Source of the DNA: Balanoglossus misakiensis
Lineage: Eukaryota > Animalia > Hemichordata
Length of the DNA: 64,000 nucleotides
NCBI GenBank assembly: GCA_040954595.2
Contig: CM082597.2
Location: 2,776,265 to 2,840,264 of the forward strand
Direction of reading: 5' to 3'
Shown: piece by piece, positions 11,206 through 24,800 of the stretch
How the letters are laid out: each line of letters opens with the position of its first letter
How positions within the stretch are numbered: the stretch's first letter is position 1
Notes under the pieces: model-generated
The model's input: only the letters and a program-made list of their open reading frames with translations
What the model was told of the DNA's origin: nothing
The model's database searches: none
Position numbers and translations under genes: made by a program

Positions 11206-13814
11206 CTATCTCAAATACACACCTAGCCTATCCCTCAGCGCTTGTCTGAACTGTATCTGGAGCTCTGTTGCCATGGTTTTCGACAAGGCTCTGTCAGGCG
11301 ACACATACACCATGCGATAACACCGACTTCTGCTTCCAGTTTTGGGGTGAAGGTACTGGTCCTTCAGGAAGACGTCCACCACCTGGTGATGGCAGATTTC
11401 TCGGAGCACAGAAAAGAAGTCGGATTCCTGCAGACGCGGTAAGTCCGGGCTCTCCCACAGGCTAATATCATGTGTGTACATAGGTGGGTACATACTGAAA
11501 GATTCTAGAGTTATCTCACAGTTTTTCAAGAAGGAAAAATCTGGCAAGACCTCACTGACTTCACTCTTGAACTTGTTCCAGCCTCTGTCATCACAGCTCC
11601 AAAGTAAACGTATGTCCGTGAAGTTGAAAGTTAACATGGCCAATGCATCTAAATAAAAATTTGCGAAAATAATTCCTCTATCTGCGAAGTTCAAGTTTCC
11701 AAAATTCCCAACACATCTCGTTTCACTGTTCTTGGTGATTTTTATACTGGTCCCTGAAGGTTTATCATCGACTAACTGCCACGGCTCATAGTTGCTGGTT
11801 ACATCTTCTGTGAAATCATCAAATTCAATTTCTATACCACTGCCTAGTAAGCTATGCAGTGACTGGATGATGCCAGCCTTGACAATGCTTTGTTCTGAAT
11901 TCTTTGCGATTAACAAGAGATGGTGCTTTATTGGGAAGTTGGCTGGTTTGATTGTGCAGTGCGAAAACACTTGGCCCCAGGTGACACAGAATGGCGAGTC
12001 TTTCATTTTCACTGCAGCTGGGGCATGTACTAACAGGTCAGTTCTCAGACTATACACTTGTGTAGAATCACTCTTGTCACAAGTGTGGAAGGAACCGCTG
12101 TCTGTTGCTTGATCTGGTACAGTGTCACTGGTGTTAATGCTGGAATCATTGTAGACATCCGTACACAACTTCTCGAAAGTGTCAACGATAGAATCTCCCC
12201 TTGCATCACAAGCCCTATGTGTACCCTTGGTGGACACACTTCCTGTGTTTGTCTCAATATCTGTCTCATTACAATCCACCCCTCCATCCCTTCCACTGAT
12301 CTGACCATCTAGGCGATATGCATTGACGTTACCACAGTCTTCAACTACCAAACTAAATCTATCAGGCGCCAACACACTCACACTGCTATATGTTGAAGTC
12401 AGCTCTTTCATCAATCCATCTTTCATAATCTGTACTGGGTGTAACTCTTCAGTAAAGAGATCCCTGCAAGAGATGAAAAAAATAAACATGAATTTAACAG
12501 TATTTCTTCGGTATATCATGCACCCAAAGCTAGGATGAACACTCATATTCCTTGCCATCCAACGTACTACAGCATAAATTTAGATTATCACCATGTTTAG
12601 TAGTAAGCAAGAATTGATATGATTATGAGTCGTTACCTATCAATGAACTCTGCAAGACTAGGTGGGCACTGAAACACCATGTTCTCCCCTTTGATGACAG
12701 CATTCATGTCTTTGATATCAGCAGGCTTCATTGGTATTTGAAGACTTCTCACAAACACATGAATGATTCCACCTTTTGTGAAAAATGGCTTGTCTTGACT
12801 CCTATAAGATGGCAGAAAACATCTGGTTAGCAGTGTCTTTTACATGACCAGTACATTGGTAAATATAACGTGGTCATTTCCAGTTGAGGGGGGGGGGGTT
12901 ACAAATACTGACCTAAACCCGGTACAGGTGTACTCTGGGTAATTTGCTGGGTCAAAGGTGACAGTCTGGGATAGGATGAGATCTGCATGCGCCGCCATAG
13001 CAACCACTTGCCAACTGTTTCCCCATTCTCTCTGCGGTTTATCGGCTGGGGTTCCACCTTGACCTCCGCACAGTGTAATGTGAATTTCACCGTCTGTGTC
13101 AAGGAACGCTGAACAGCTGTGATTGAAAGAGAATTCAAATGGTCATGTCTTCTGCCAAGGCATGTTATTTTTATCTACTTATAAACAAAATAGGTTGCAA
13201 AATACATCTACAAAAGTATGTGTAAGGTACATGTAGCATAGGGTTCAAATGACCATGAAAAATGCATCATAAAACAAAGCGTCAGGCCGTTGTCCTTGGC
13301 AACCAAACTGCACACTTTCAACAAAGACAGTACTTACCTCTGAAAAAGAGCTTTCAACAGTTTTCTGTTCTGTCCAACACTTGCCTTCCCACCCACATGA
13401 GGGAAATTGAAAATGATGTATGCAAATTGGTGACCTGTCAACCCTGCACTGTCAGCCAATCGGGTTGCGTCAACGCTGTACAAGACAGTAACACCTGGAA
13501 AATAACGTCCAATAGATGTTGTTAAAATACAGGGGAAGAGTTGAGGCTGGTTTGGATATATACATGAATAGAATAATCAAGAGGTTGATTGAAATTTCAC
13601 CATTATAATTACCTTTACTTTGTAGGTCAGCGACATTGTCAGAGGCGTTTCCATGTTTCCGCAGAGTTTCTTGGGACTCGAAAGTGGTTGCTATGACAGC
13701 AGAGGGATTATTTACATATCGGAGAAGCGACCTTGTGAATGAAAAGTCACCTTCACCCAACATCAAAATTTTACCAAATTTTGAATAATAAATCGGTTCA
13801 TTGAGAGCAGTCAT
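11206..13814 (-). CDS. FDXACB1: Ferredoxin-fold anticodon-binding domain-containing protein 1 (N-terminal BMT5/DUF2431 methyltransferase-like domain, PheRS-like region, C-terminal FDX-ACB)
   Basis: Exons (minus): 13814-13613, 13494-13338, 13116-12913, 12801-12637, 12463-11206. Motifs ILMLGEGDFSF, VDATRL, IFNFPHVGGK, LCGGQGGTPADKPQREWGNSWQVVAMAA, TGFRSQDKPF, SMYPPMYTHDISLW, HPKTGSRSRCYRMVY, LRDRLGVYLR*. Confidence 0.92.
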
Positions 13815-13877
13815 GTCTGCAATAAATGTTCGTATTCTCGTTTCAGGATAAAATAACAGAGTCAAATGGCGACAGAG

Positions 13878-13883
13878 TTTATT
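13878..13883 (-). terminator. AATAAA polyadenylation signal, probably for ANAPC13
   Basis: TTTATT on + strand, 40 nt past the ANAPC13 stop and about 65 nt before the FDXACB1 ATG. Confidence 0.6.
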
Positions 13884-13922
13884 GTTGGACCTGGTCACTT
13901 CCGGGTTGAACTCGAAAACGGA

Positions 13923-14147
13923 TCAGGCCTGCGCTGAGGGATGGTTTTCCTGCAATGTTTGAAGAGCCAGATCCACCCACTTTTCTTCCTGTTCTCTGAC
14001 CGACTCGGTGTTGCTCTCGTTGTCTTGGTCGATTTCTGGCAATTCCAGCTGCGGAACGGCAATGTCGTCGTTCGGCAACTTGTCCTGTCGCCACTTGTCG
14101 TCTATCAAATCCAACAGTCGCCCGTCTCTGGTGATTTCAGAATCCAT
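13923..14147 (-). CDS. ANAPC13: Anaphase-promoting complex subunit 13 (single coding exon, 74 aa)
   Basis: MDSEITRDGRLLDLIDDKWRQDKLPNDDIAVPQLELPE...EQEEKWVDLALQTL matches the conserved Apc13 sequence and length. Confidence 0.95.
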   Translation of the reverse strand: MDSEITRDGRLLDLIDDKWRQDKLPNDDIAVPQLELPEIDQDNESNTESVREQEEKWVDLALQTLQENHPSAQA

Positions 14148-14529
14148 TTTCCCTGCGCTGGGATGCCAGTGTTAATTGTTTTATGCAAAATTATCACCGA
14201 AGATATAATTACCGTTGTTCTCCCACAGTAGTACGACGTTATATCTGTAAATAATCAGCAATTTGGGGTATTTTTCAAGTTCCTCACGTGAGCATGTGCG
14301 TTCCAGCTGGTGTTGAGCAGAGTGTAAAGGTCAAGACAGTGCCCTCTAACTTGATAAATTTTAACATTTATTACTAAAAATACTAAATACTGACGTACTA
14401 TGCTATAAATTGGCAACTTTTGAACACAAACTGGATAATTGATATTATGATAACACAGTCGACCTCTTATATTGTGATATTATGCCAGAAAACAGCAATA
14501 AACGAAGGAATTGTTTCAATTGTAGACCA

Positions 14530-14640
14530 CTTAGCTCACCTACCACTTATAGTCGCGCGAGAACTTACGTGAATATGTCCCCAAAAGTTAGCCGATGAAA
14601 CCCGGAAAGCGGTCTCTTTAGCCTTGTAGACCACAGTAAG
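14530..14640. promoter_or_regulatory. Compact bidirectional promoter for RPS19 (+) and ANAPC13/FDXACB1 (-)
   Basis: TCT/TOP-like initiator GTCTCTTTAGCC at about 14612-14623, followed by a short non-coding exon with donor CA|GTAAGT at 14636; ETS-like CCGGAA at about 14602; minus-strand donors GTAAGT (14568) and GTGAGC (14539); YY1-like AAGATGGC at about 14840 in RPS19 intron 1. Confidence 0.6.
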
Positions 14641-15082
14641 TGCTGTATTGTGACAGAGTCTCTCTCAGATTTATCAAATATTGCCCACTTTTCGGATGAG
14701 GGCAGGGGAAAATCAAGAATTTCCTTGATTTAGACATCTCTTTATTTCACCTGAATAAAACTCACGGTCATCAAAGTCGTTTTGAGCGTTGAAAACACAA
14801 TGTTTTGGCGGCCGTGTCACATTTCCCAGTCGTACTTTCAAGATGGCAGCCCCCATGTGTCATTCAGAACCTTGTTGCTGTACAAACTTTATGGCACAAT
14901 TCATACGAATCTACATCATGAGCAGACTTAACTTTAATGGGCCACTGCGAATATACAGTTGTAGATAATGTACAGCCATTAAAATGGAAGATCAACTGTT
15001 ATTCATGGCAGAGATTCAAGTAATAAATACATTATCACCACATACATTGATACATATTTATCTGGCTTTTGTGTTTACATAG

Positions 15083-16316
15083 ATGCCAGGTGTAACGGTA
15101 AAAGACGTGAACCAGGCCGAATTTGTGAAGGCATTTGCTGCCTTTCTCAAAAAGTAAGTATGGATAGGGATGATTGAGAGAAAGAGACATGACTAACCTA
15201 ATATGGCTTTCCTGAAAGATGGCTGCAGATCATTGCAAACACAACTTATAAGTTTAACCACAAGCCAATGTTCTTGACACATTGTGTGCATCTATTTGGT
15301 TTCAGGTCAGGTAAACTTAAAGTTCCAGAATGGGTTGACATCATTAAACTTGGCAAACACAAGGAATTAGCTCCATATGATCCCGACTGGTATTACGTCA
15401 GAGCAGGTAAGGGGTAGAACAAAATGGGCACATTGGGGTGAATGTGTAGAGGGGGGTACCACCGTTAATTAGGAATATATTACCCACGTCGGACAGAAAT
15501 GACCAGAAGATAACCTGGGAGTTCACTGGGAAAATCACCCTATTTTTCCTGTAGCGAAATATAACGTATTCCTATTTTTCATTTCACAGCATCACTTTGT
15601 AGACATCTCTACTTCAGAGGCGGAGTAGGCGTCGGAGCAGTTACCGTCATCTACGGTGGGCGCAAACGAAACGGCACCTGCCCGAGCCACTTCTGCAGAG
15701 GCTCGTCGTCGGTGGCGAGGAAAGTCTTGCAGTCGCTGGAAGGAATGAAACTGGTGGAGAAGGAATCCAATGGTGGCAGGCGACTCACCAGTCAGGGTCA
15801 GCGAGATTTGGATCGCATTGCAGGACAGGTGAGTCTGTGTGTGTGTCAAGATGGTCTGAGGGCGGTACTATGTGAGTGCCAACACAATTTACCAGTAAAT
15901 ACTTCATGTTGTAAATCTCGCGAAATATCCTTGTTAGACAATTTTTTGTCTGAAGAAATCTACACCTGATCCAGCAGCCAGCTTAGCTTGTCAGTAAAAA
16001 TCACCATAGTTGCATCAGCACCGGCGCTGCATTAGGGCGTACACGAGTTAAGCCACACACCTCAGTAGAATATTCAACTTTACCGGACACGCGGAGAGCC
16101 AGGCAAACTTCGACATAAAATGTGAAAATTCATTAGAAGAGGGTTAGTAAAGGTAGGGAAAATTGGTGATTTGTGAAAATTATTGAAAATCTAGACATGA
16201 AATTTGAGAGTGGACCATGCACAAAATTTGAATATGCATTTTGCCCTCAGTTATTGGAATTTAACAAAGTTTTCATCTTTTTACAGGTATACATGAAACT
16301 TCACCCAAGAACATAA
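15083..16316 (+). CDS. RPS19: 40S ribosomal protein S19 (eS19)
   Basis: Exons 15083-15153, 15306-15406, 15590-15828, 16287-16316: [92 protein letters not shown]...[27 protein letters not shown]; AATAAA at 16429. Confidence 0.97.
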
Positions 16317-18093
16317 CAGACAACAAAGTGAAGACGTCTTTGAATTTATCAAGAGGAGAGAAATAACAACAACCTGACCATCTGAGTTGTTTATGTATGA
16401 TGGAATTTAATGACTGTTGTCATTAGACAATAAAAAAATATTGCTTGTCATGGCTTTGGTGTGAAATGTTTTGTATTCTTTGTCCCTGCTTTGCAATAGT
16501 GTGCTGCATATGTGAAGAATTTTCTGACCAATTAGAATAATGAGTTTTGTAAAGTTGATCATGTGGTGGCGCCGTATAGGATCTAAAATCAGCACACATT
16601 CCAAACGTTCCGGTTCGTGTACGTATGTGTTGGGTGGGGTCGAGAATTTGAAACATAAAGCAGAGCTACCGAATGACGAAGAGCATGGAGAGAGAGAGAG
16701 CAAAAAGTGGCACGTTATCTACCATGCATGCCATGTTATTAGGGGAAGGGGGTGCGTTTGGGAATACGTGCGCATGAGGATCCCCACTTTTCCCTGAGTG
16801 CCAGCCCTGTAATTCTGTCTGCCAATATGGAGCCCATACCAACCTTTCCCGAATGTAGGTCACATATGGTTGCCATAAAGTGAAAGCATGCATATCCACA
16901 CAGTGGCAAATTCTACATCCGTTGAATCTAAGTCCTACGCAAAAGTTAAAAATGACAATATAATAGTCTGATGTCTGGCTGAAACGTTTTAGGGCATTCC
17001 TTGCAATATGTATGACAGACTTGCATTGTTCTGTCGTATTAAATTGTTTACAGCTTTGTTTCAAGGATTATCCGAGCGCTGGAAACGCATTATCCCTGAT
17101 CACAACATGGCGGGAATGAACTTGATTTTCCTCCAGCTATGCAGTAGGGATATCGCCCAGTAAGATTTCCAATAATGCCAAAATAGCCAACCGGTTCACA
17201 AACAAACCGGTCGTGTTACCGACTTCCCCCTTCGCTATTTGGTGACTTTTGACACGCGTTCCTTAGGTCCTTGGCGGGGTAATTGCGTGGCCGTATCGAA
17301 TTGCCGGATTCCAAAATGACGCCCGCCGACACACCTAAACACTTCCAATATGCCGGGATTCTTTCCTGTATTTTCCACAAATGAGTCATGTACACCGACG
17401 TATACACCGACAACAATCACAAAGTTCTGACAAATAGTGGTGGCCTGGCTAAAACCAACTAAAAGTGTTGTTCTGGTGAAGTGTACATCATCAATAGCTA
17501 GTTTGGATGGAAGACATTTTCGTATTCCTTTGCTAAACTTCACAAATAAGCCTTCAGATATGAAATACTCCAATAACCAAATATTTACAGACAGACAGCC
17601 AAACGGGAAACGAAATATTACGAAAATAAAATTGTATAGCCATACATTTATAAATAGTTTATTACATCAACATGTGACTTTCGCGTTAGTTTAAAAAAAT
17701 AACGCAAATTCGTTAACTGTGCGTATTTCATCAATAGCATTTCTTGTTTGGTGTTTACACGAGCCCTCTCTCTACTCGAGAACAAGTATAACCATCATAG
17801 GCCGAATAATTGCGAATCTGTGTCAAGATACGAAGTTTTTGTGCGAAGTTATCCATTCACAACACGCAGGCGCAGTACATTGTGCGACAATTCGCGGAAA
17901 CGTTTAGTCGAACTTTGCCTGAAAAGAATGTGCGGTAAGAATTTATTGTCTTGTGCTAAATTGCTAATGGCCGAATGTTCGACATTGCAATCGGAGTATC
18001 CTTGGAAATGCGACATAACTGGGAATCTAAACGTGACCGGAAGCTCACTAAATGCTCACTAAATTATTCGGCTGAGGCGTTGGTTACAAAAAC

Positions 18094-18187
18094 CTCCTCC
18101 TCCCTTCCTCCTCCTCCTCATCATCATCTATCATCACCACTCTCCCCCCACACACCATCATCCGTGATCACCACCACCACCGTCGTC

Positions 18188-18221
<34 letters not shown>

Positions 18222-18231
18222 TCATCATCAT
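18094..18231. repeat. (CCT)/(CAC)/(CAT)n trinucleotide microsatellite
   Basis: Direct reading. Confidence 0.85.
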
Positions 18232-18539
18232 GAAAAACAATAAACTGACAGATGTGGCGATTTTCCCACAAACCTCATAGACTATCAGATGATCTCCTCT
18301 CAATGACAGTCGTTACAGTTCGGCGGTTGGTTACGACTGTGATCTGTAAATCACAATGATGTTTTACATGTATGTCGAAGCGGGGATGAAAATGTAGATT
18401 CAGTGTTCAAGTCTGAACTTCTGACTCGGCACGTTTTCGTTTTTCGTGACCAGACGGGGTTGGAGTTTTTGATGGTAGAAATAAAGTTTCGTGATTTTCG
18501 ACAAAAGTGTTGACCAAAACTACACATGTAACGTGAAAG

Positions 18540-18547
18540 TATAAAAG
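18540..18547 (+). promoter_or_regulatory. Candidate TATA box for the Ig/FN3 gene
   Basis: TATAAAAG 360 nt upstream of the ATG at 18900, in a CpG-rich region. Confidence 0.3.
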
Positions 18548-18899
18548 CAACAATCTTTGGCGGAAGGGGACAACATATATTAGTACACTGCCTTTACACG
18601 TACATTGTATTTGGTAACATTATGTTGAGAAATTCATGTACACGTGCAGTGCGGTGCGCCTGGAAATTTATTACGAGTGGAAAACTTTCTCAAGATATCG
18701 CAGTGTCGCTCGAGATCATGCGAGATTTGGAGCACGCCCGTCGAGCAGGCAATGACTCACGCTTGAAATTGCAAAGGCTGGTTCTAGCGGACGTACGGGA
18801 ACTGTGGAATAGAAGCCTGCCTATCCATCTTAGCTTATTTGGGACCGAAGAGGGACAGTTCGGCACGATTTGCAGAGTTCCAGTTTGGAAGAAAACATC

Positions 18900-21800
18900 A
18901 TGAAGTTTTTAGTTGCATTAATTGTTCTCCTACAGGGCGTCATTTTCGGTAAGTATTACGTCATGTGTGGTTTTGTTGCATGCAGAAGACGAAATCTGAC
19001 GAAAGTCATATAATGTAAATTTTGTTGAAAGTTACGGCTTATATACTGAATATGGTGATGAACATCATTACGTCGAAAATCGTATTAATCAACTAACTCA
19101 TCTGATTATCATTATTTGCCGTTATAATAACGGTCAATACTGGTACATTTTTTCCCAGTTCAGCATGTGAACGAATGCAAGGTTCAGCGGTTCAACGTCC
19201 CTGACTAGCCAACTCAAATTTCAAATTAAAGTTTTCGAAAGGGCCCCCAAGCCACAAAGTGGTTCTAATTATTACGCAATTAAAACGCACTATTTGGAAG
19301 AAATATGCGACTGGCCACGCTCAAAAGTTCGATTACTTTCAAGCTTAAAAGTTTTCACAGTGCAAGTTTGACAAAGTTGTCGAACGGACGAACCAAAAAC
19401 TGTCGGAGGTTGATTAGCCTTGGTGTAGTGCACAACCAACGATATATTTTACTCGGAGAAGCGAGAGTTTGAGCTTGCATACCGTTTTCTGCACCGCAGA
19501 TGTAGTCGTTCATTTATCGAACGCTCCATATTGACGGCACATTCGCAGGGAACTTAGGGGGGGGGGAGAACCGCGCCCATGTGCAGAATTCCCATTTCTT
19601 TATAGCTATGCCCGAAGTTCACCATCACATTGCAGACTCAGCTGGAAGCTAAGCGCAATGTGGAGAGAGGCCTCCATCGAGGGTTTACGTGGACCCGACC
19701 TACTATTAAATTCTATATGTCACCACTACCAGAAGTCATCTTTGTTTAAATTTACCCGAGATGACGACCGGAGTATATTACAGCAAACAAACAAGGCTAT
19801 CAAACTACATGTGCATAGTTTTTAGTCTCTGCTGAAATAAAAGCGACCCTATTCTAGTTAATTTTTGTCGAGTAAAGTTTATTATCAAAGTTGCACTTGA
19901 TTACAAATCTACCAAACACGCCACGGAGATGTTGTACACGCAAGGCGTGGGTAGTGCGTGATAAAAGGCGATAGTTTCCAGTACTGGTTCTGTGGTAGCA
20001 CAGGTCATCGCCAATTCCCATCTGGATTGTCTGGCCACCATGGGAAGCCTGTTTGACCGTATAACATAAACAGCCCTATCCCACTTCTGTGCACTCAGGA
20101 TACACGCAGACAAAATAACTACCAAAGTGCGCTCTACATATAAAATTGTGAACGGGATAAGGGTTACACCGTTCGAAGGAGGGGGGGGGGGTTCCATGTG
20201 GCTGGCGTGTGTTGGAGGGGGGTCTGCAAAGCATTTGGTCAAAGAACAAAAACTAGTGAATGAAATGGATTAAGAGGCCAGTTTTCTCAGTGTTAAAGTA
20301 GCTTTTCTTTTTCTTTTCAACAACAGACATTATTATGTGTGCCTGGCAATCTTTTTGTGAAAGACGATTCTGTATGAAAATTGAGCCAATGACTCAACTT
20401 GTCAACTATTTTGTGGGAGTCAATAGTACAGACTTCCGTGCTTCTGATTGAGTGTTTTATTTGCAGTTGATAAATTCAGTAGCAAATTCCCAGGCCCTGA
20501 TTGTTATGTAAATAAGATAAGACACTCGTGTATCAACCCCATGTCTACCAATGTTACGATAAGAGGTCCCACAGTCAGTGAAAACACACACTTGTCCGTT
20601 TTATCAGATGTCAAATTACTAAGGTTGTAGTGCACAATTAAATTTTATTGTATATATTCCCCACCCACTGTCGTGCAACCTTCCACTTTAGTCTGAGGGT
20701 CAGCCGTACAGCTGCCTCTGTCCCAGACCTGGCCGAGAGACTGTCCCTCACTAAGGGAAGAACCATTTCATTTCTGGGAGGGGTAGGGGATTTCTAGCCA
20801 CTGTTAGAGTTTTTTTTTTCGATTGCCAGTCCACCTTTTTTCTTGAGGCATTGCAGAAGCAATTTTTTCCATCTGCACCATCTGCCAAAAGATTCTTTTC
20901 CCAAAAATCCTCCATCCACCCCCAGAAATCAAATGGTTATCCCCTAAAATGGCAGAAGGCAGTAAGGGGGTGTGGGAGAGTCTAAAGATCCCAACTCAGT
21001 TATTATTGGGGCAGGGCTTGTCTGTCCAGCCATGTACTCTAATGACAGGAAGGTGCGTCGATAAAGAGATCTGCTCATGACACTGAAACATGTTCAAAAT
21101 GATATGGGTGCAGCTTTTGGAAATTTGAACATGTTGCTATCATTAAAATTACAGTACACTAAAATAGTCATAAGGTACAGGAACATGTCTAGTACATGTA
21201 GTTTTATTATCTTGACTTAAATGATATATTTTCCTGTTTGCTTTTTTGTAATTGGGTTGTATTTTTTCAGTGTTTTATCAGTCATACTGTTTGGGTTCAA
21301 TTACAAAGTTGCTATGATGAGTCAGAACAAAATAAATAAACTGTGATGAACAATTAATGTACTCGCATATCTATGTGTTGATGCATGTCTATTCACTTGT
21401 GAGCATTTAGTCATACCCAGTATGCAATAAATAGGGATGGATCCCAGACCCCTGTGTCAACCAAGTTGTAAACAGTTTTGAAATATTCCAAACCCCTCAA
21501 GCAAATATGGTAGTGTACTAGTATTACATGGCTCCTGGTAAATTTATTTGCTGGTGTTAAAAAGTCATTTAATGCCAAGCCAAGGTCGCGTTATTTTGAG
21601 AAAAAAACAAAGACTCGTCTGCATAGGTTAGACACAGAGAGACGTGAGCACAGAGTAGGTATTAAAGTTCACAAATGCTTCATGACACATGACAAAGATG
21701 GAGCCAATTATTCCATGGTTGCATGCACATCCATACAATGTTCCTGAAGTAACAAACTACTAGAAGGGAAGTTTTCAGGGCCAATACTATTTGCGCCAAA

Positions 21801-24800
21801 CATGGTCCATCTTGTTTATATGCCTTACAATAAGAAATGAATAAAGAAATGAAAAATATTCCGAATTTTACACTTTTACAATTGCAAGCTATACTACATA
21901 TCAGACATTCTGAATTCCACAACTCAAATACCATTTGAATTCTGATGCCCTGGACAACCAATGAAACACTAAGCACCTGTATACACAGCTCTCTCTGTGG
22001 AGTATTAAAACTCTTATCAGCACCAGACAGAGATGGGGATGGAAAATGTCTGCACAATTGACCTGTGACAGCAAAGTCACATGGGGTTACTAGTACAACC
22101 CAATTTAACTAAGTGTATTGCATGGTGGGAACAGTTATATGTATGCTGAGAAATTGAATGGTTTCTGTAGCTCAAGTGCCTAACACTATAACATTTAATC
22201 AAGTCCCACATATATAGTAAGTCAAAGTTGGTGCAAGTTCATGTAACTACTACATTGTACATCACTGCAAACAATGTGGTTGTTACTTTGTATTACACTG
22301 TAGTGTAACTGCTAGATGTACATCATTGCAAACATTGTGGTTGTTACTTTGTATTACACTGTACTGTAACTGCTACAATGTACATCATTGCAAACAATGT
22401 GGTTGTTACTTTGTGTTACACTGTTGTGTAACTGCTACAATGTACATCATTGCAAACAATGTGTTTGCTACTTTGTATTACACTGTACTTCACAGAAAAC
22501 AACACATTGTTACTTTTTATCACATTTCCAGTTTACTGCGATATAACATGTATCGGTTTGCAGGGTCTCCCAGAACAGTAGGAACAAAGCCTATGGTGTG
22601 TTTATATACAGAAAAGTCGCACATGTGCAGTTCAGACAACTCTCCCCCTTTAAAGTTTATTTCAAGAATATGAGAGTAATGAGTAACTAGATTGAAGAGA
22701 ACAAGCTTATTTTGATACCATTTAGGTCATGGTATCAATAATGGAGAGCTAGTTGGGTGTGTTGTTTTTAAAACATCTGTCCTGTCAACTTGCCAGCCAG
22801 ATATAAATTAGTATGAGTCTCAAGTGACAGTAAAAAGGTCACAAATTCTGAAATTCCTTCTGCATGCCTAATATTATTCCACTAATGGGAATATAAATGA
22901 TGTGAAATTATGTTCTGTGTACGCTAATCAGCTAATAAAGACTGTAGCATGGGTTCAACAGAGATGGTGGCTTGTTCAAGCTTGACCATAGATTGAGATA
23001 TAACTATAGCCATGCATGGTTAACCTTTGACTGACCACACAGAAATCCACAGAAATTCATGAAAATTCTATGAACTTCAATAGAAGTTGTGTATGCTATA
23101 ATTTCCATAGACGTCTATAGAATAATTTTTGCATTAAAGATTAGATGTCTTTGGTGTTTATCCGCTGTTGATTCAAGTGTTCATGACCTGATTCAGACCA
23201 GGCAGCGTTCATTATACACTCTTGGAAAAGTCCTGTGATCTTAACCCTCCCCTTGTTTCCCACTGAACAACTTCATATAAGTGTGATCGTACTGCCAGCT
23301 GTTTTATAGCATTTCATTCTTGGGTGGCTCTTTTTTGATGGAGATAGGATTTGTGGTCCAGGAAATGAGAGCTGGTACGCCGGCCAGCCTGTCCTTATCA
23401 TGGAATATATGTTGCGTTTAATGATATAACACAGTTTCAGGAGATTGCTTAATTGGCTGTTGTTCAAAGAATGCTGTCTAATGTAAAGGTGATACTTCTA
23501 CACTTCTATACACATGTTCTGTAATAAGGCAAACTTGATTTATCAATACTGGTTATACCAACCAATCTGTGGTCTTCTAGTTCTCCAAATGCATTTATTA
23601 TTTTGTAGTGAAAGTTTACAGAATGCATTAGACAATTGGATTCTGTCGTCAAAAATGATCAATCAGGAAGTAGCGTTGATTTTCTGATAGTGCTACATGG
23701 GTGTCCTTATTTAATTCCTATCAGATGAGACAGGACAACGACCCAGCTGTACCTCCACGGTTAGATCTGTGTTTTTGAATAGTTGCCAGAGACAGGATGT
23801 ACTCTTATAGATAACTTCAGTGAAGTTTCCCAGTAGCACAATAGAGGTCCTGTCAGATTATCAAAGAGTGATATAAATTTATCTTTTTTCTATGATTGTT
23901 TATCAAAAAACTAAAATAAAAGATTCTTATGGAATTGGCTTCATTAAATGAAAACAGACAGTTGACAGTGTGCATCTATGTTTACTTTGGCATAGAGACT
24001 TAAAACAAATACATGTACTGTACCAGTGTGTGACTGGATCTTTAGCTAAAATTCCACTTTTGAGTTCCCCTGCAAAGAAATAATGCACCAGATAATTCAA
24101 AGTGTTCCATGTAAACAAAAAAGACATTCTAGCCTCCCACAATCCTTTTTGGTCATGAATCTGCCATCTTGCCATAGTTACATGTACCGGGTATACACGA
24201 AAAGTAGAGCGTGCATACATACATGTAGTTGTTGTGAGTCTGTTTAATGTGCATTTAAAATTATCACTCGGTTTAGATTACATCATTGGATACCCTGGGT
24301 CTGAGATCAGAATGAATCAGGCCGCCCAATAACAACAACCAACAGACAGGGTATCTGGCATGACATATAGCAGAATTTCAGTTCTTACTGGAATTGGAAA
24401 GTTACATTTCATGTATTGTTAATGCCTCTACATGTATTACCGCCATACTCAATTTTTTCCATCATGAGTTTGGTGACGTTTTACCTTAAGAGCACAACCT
24501 GAGTTTAACTTTTCCAGAAACATACACAACCCTCATTATTAAACACCAAGGTTAATTTACAAGAGTGAAACAGGAACATATTACAAACACCCCACAGGCA
24601 AGGATATTCGTTTGGCAGAATAGGTCAGTGTAAGGTCACCCCACAACATGGTTCCTGCTATGTGCGAAATTTAATTGTCTGTATTTGAACAACCTTAATG
24701 AACTTTGCTGTGAGGGTTATATTGAACTTCAGTAGCTAAATTTAGATGACATATTCCACTTGAAACACTTTAGGTTTGTGTTTGTTAAAGTGCTAGAATT

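Noticed and set aside
11206-12558. 450-aa ORF as a standalone gene
   Set aside because: It is the last exon of FDXACB1 (acceptor at 12464); the N-terminal 32 aa are intronic.
15154-16286. snoRNAs in RPS19 introns
   Set aside because: Only partial C/D or H/ACA-like words, without convincing spacing or stems; a covariance-model search would be needed.
22326-22673. Cys-rich ORF resembling a zinc finger
   Set aside because: Translation of the 62-bp minisatellite.
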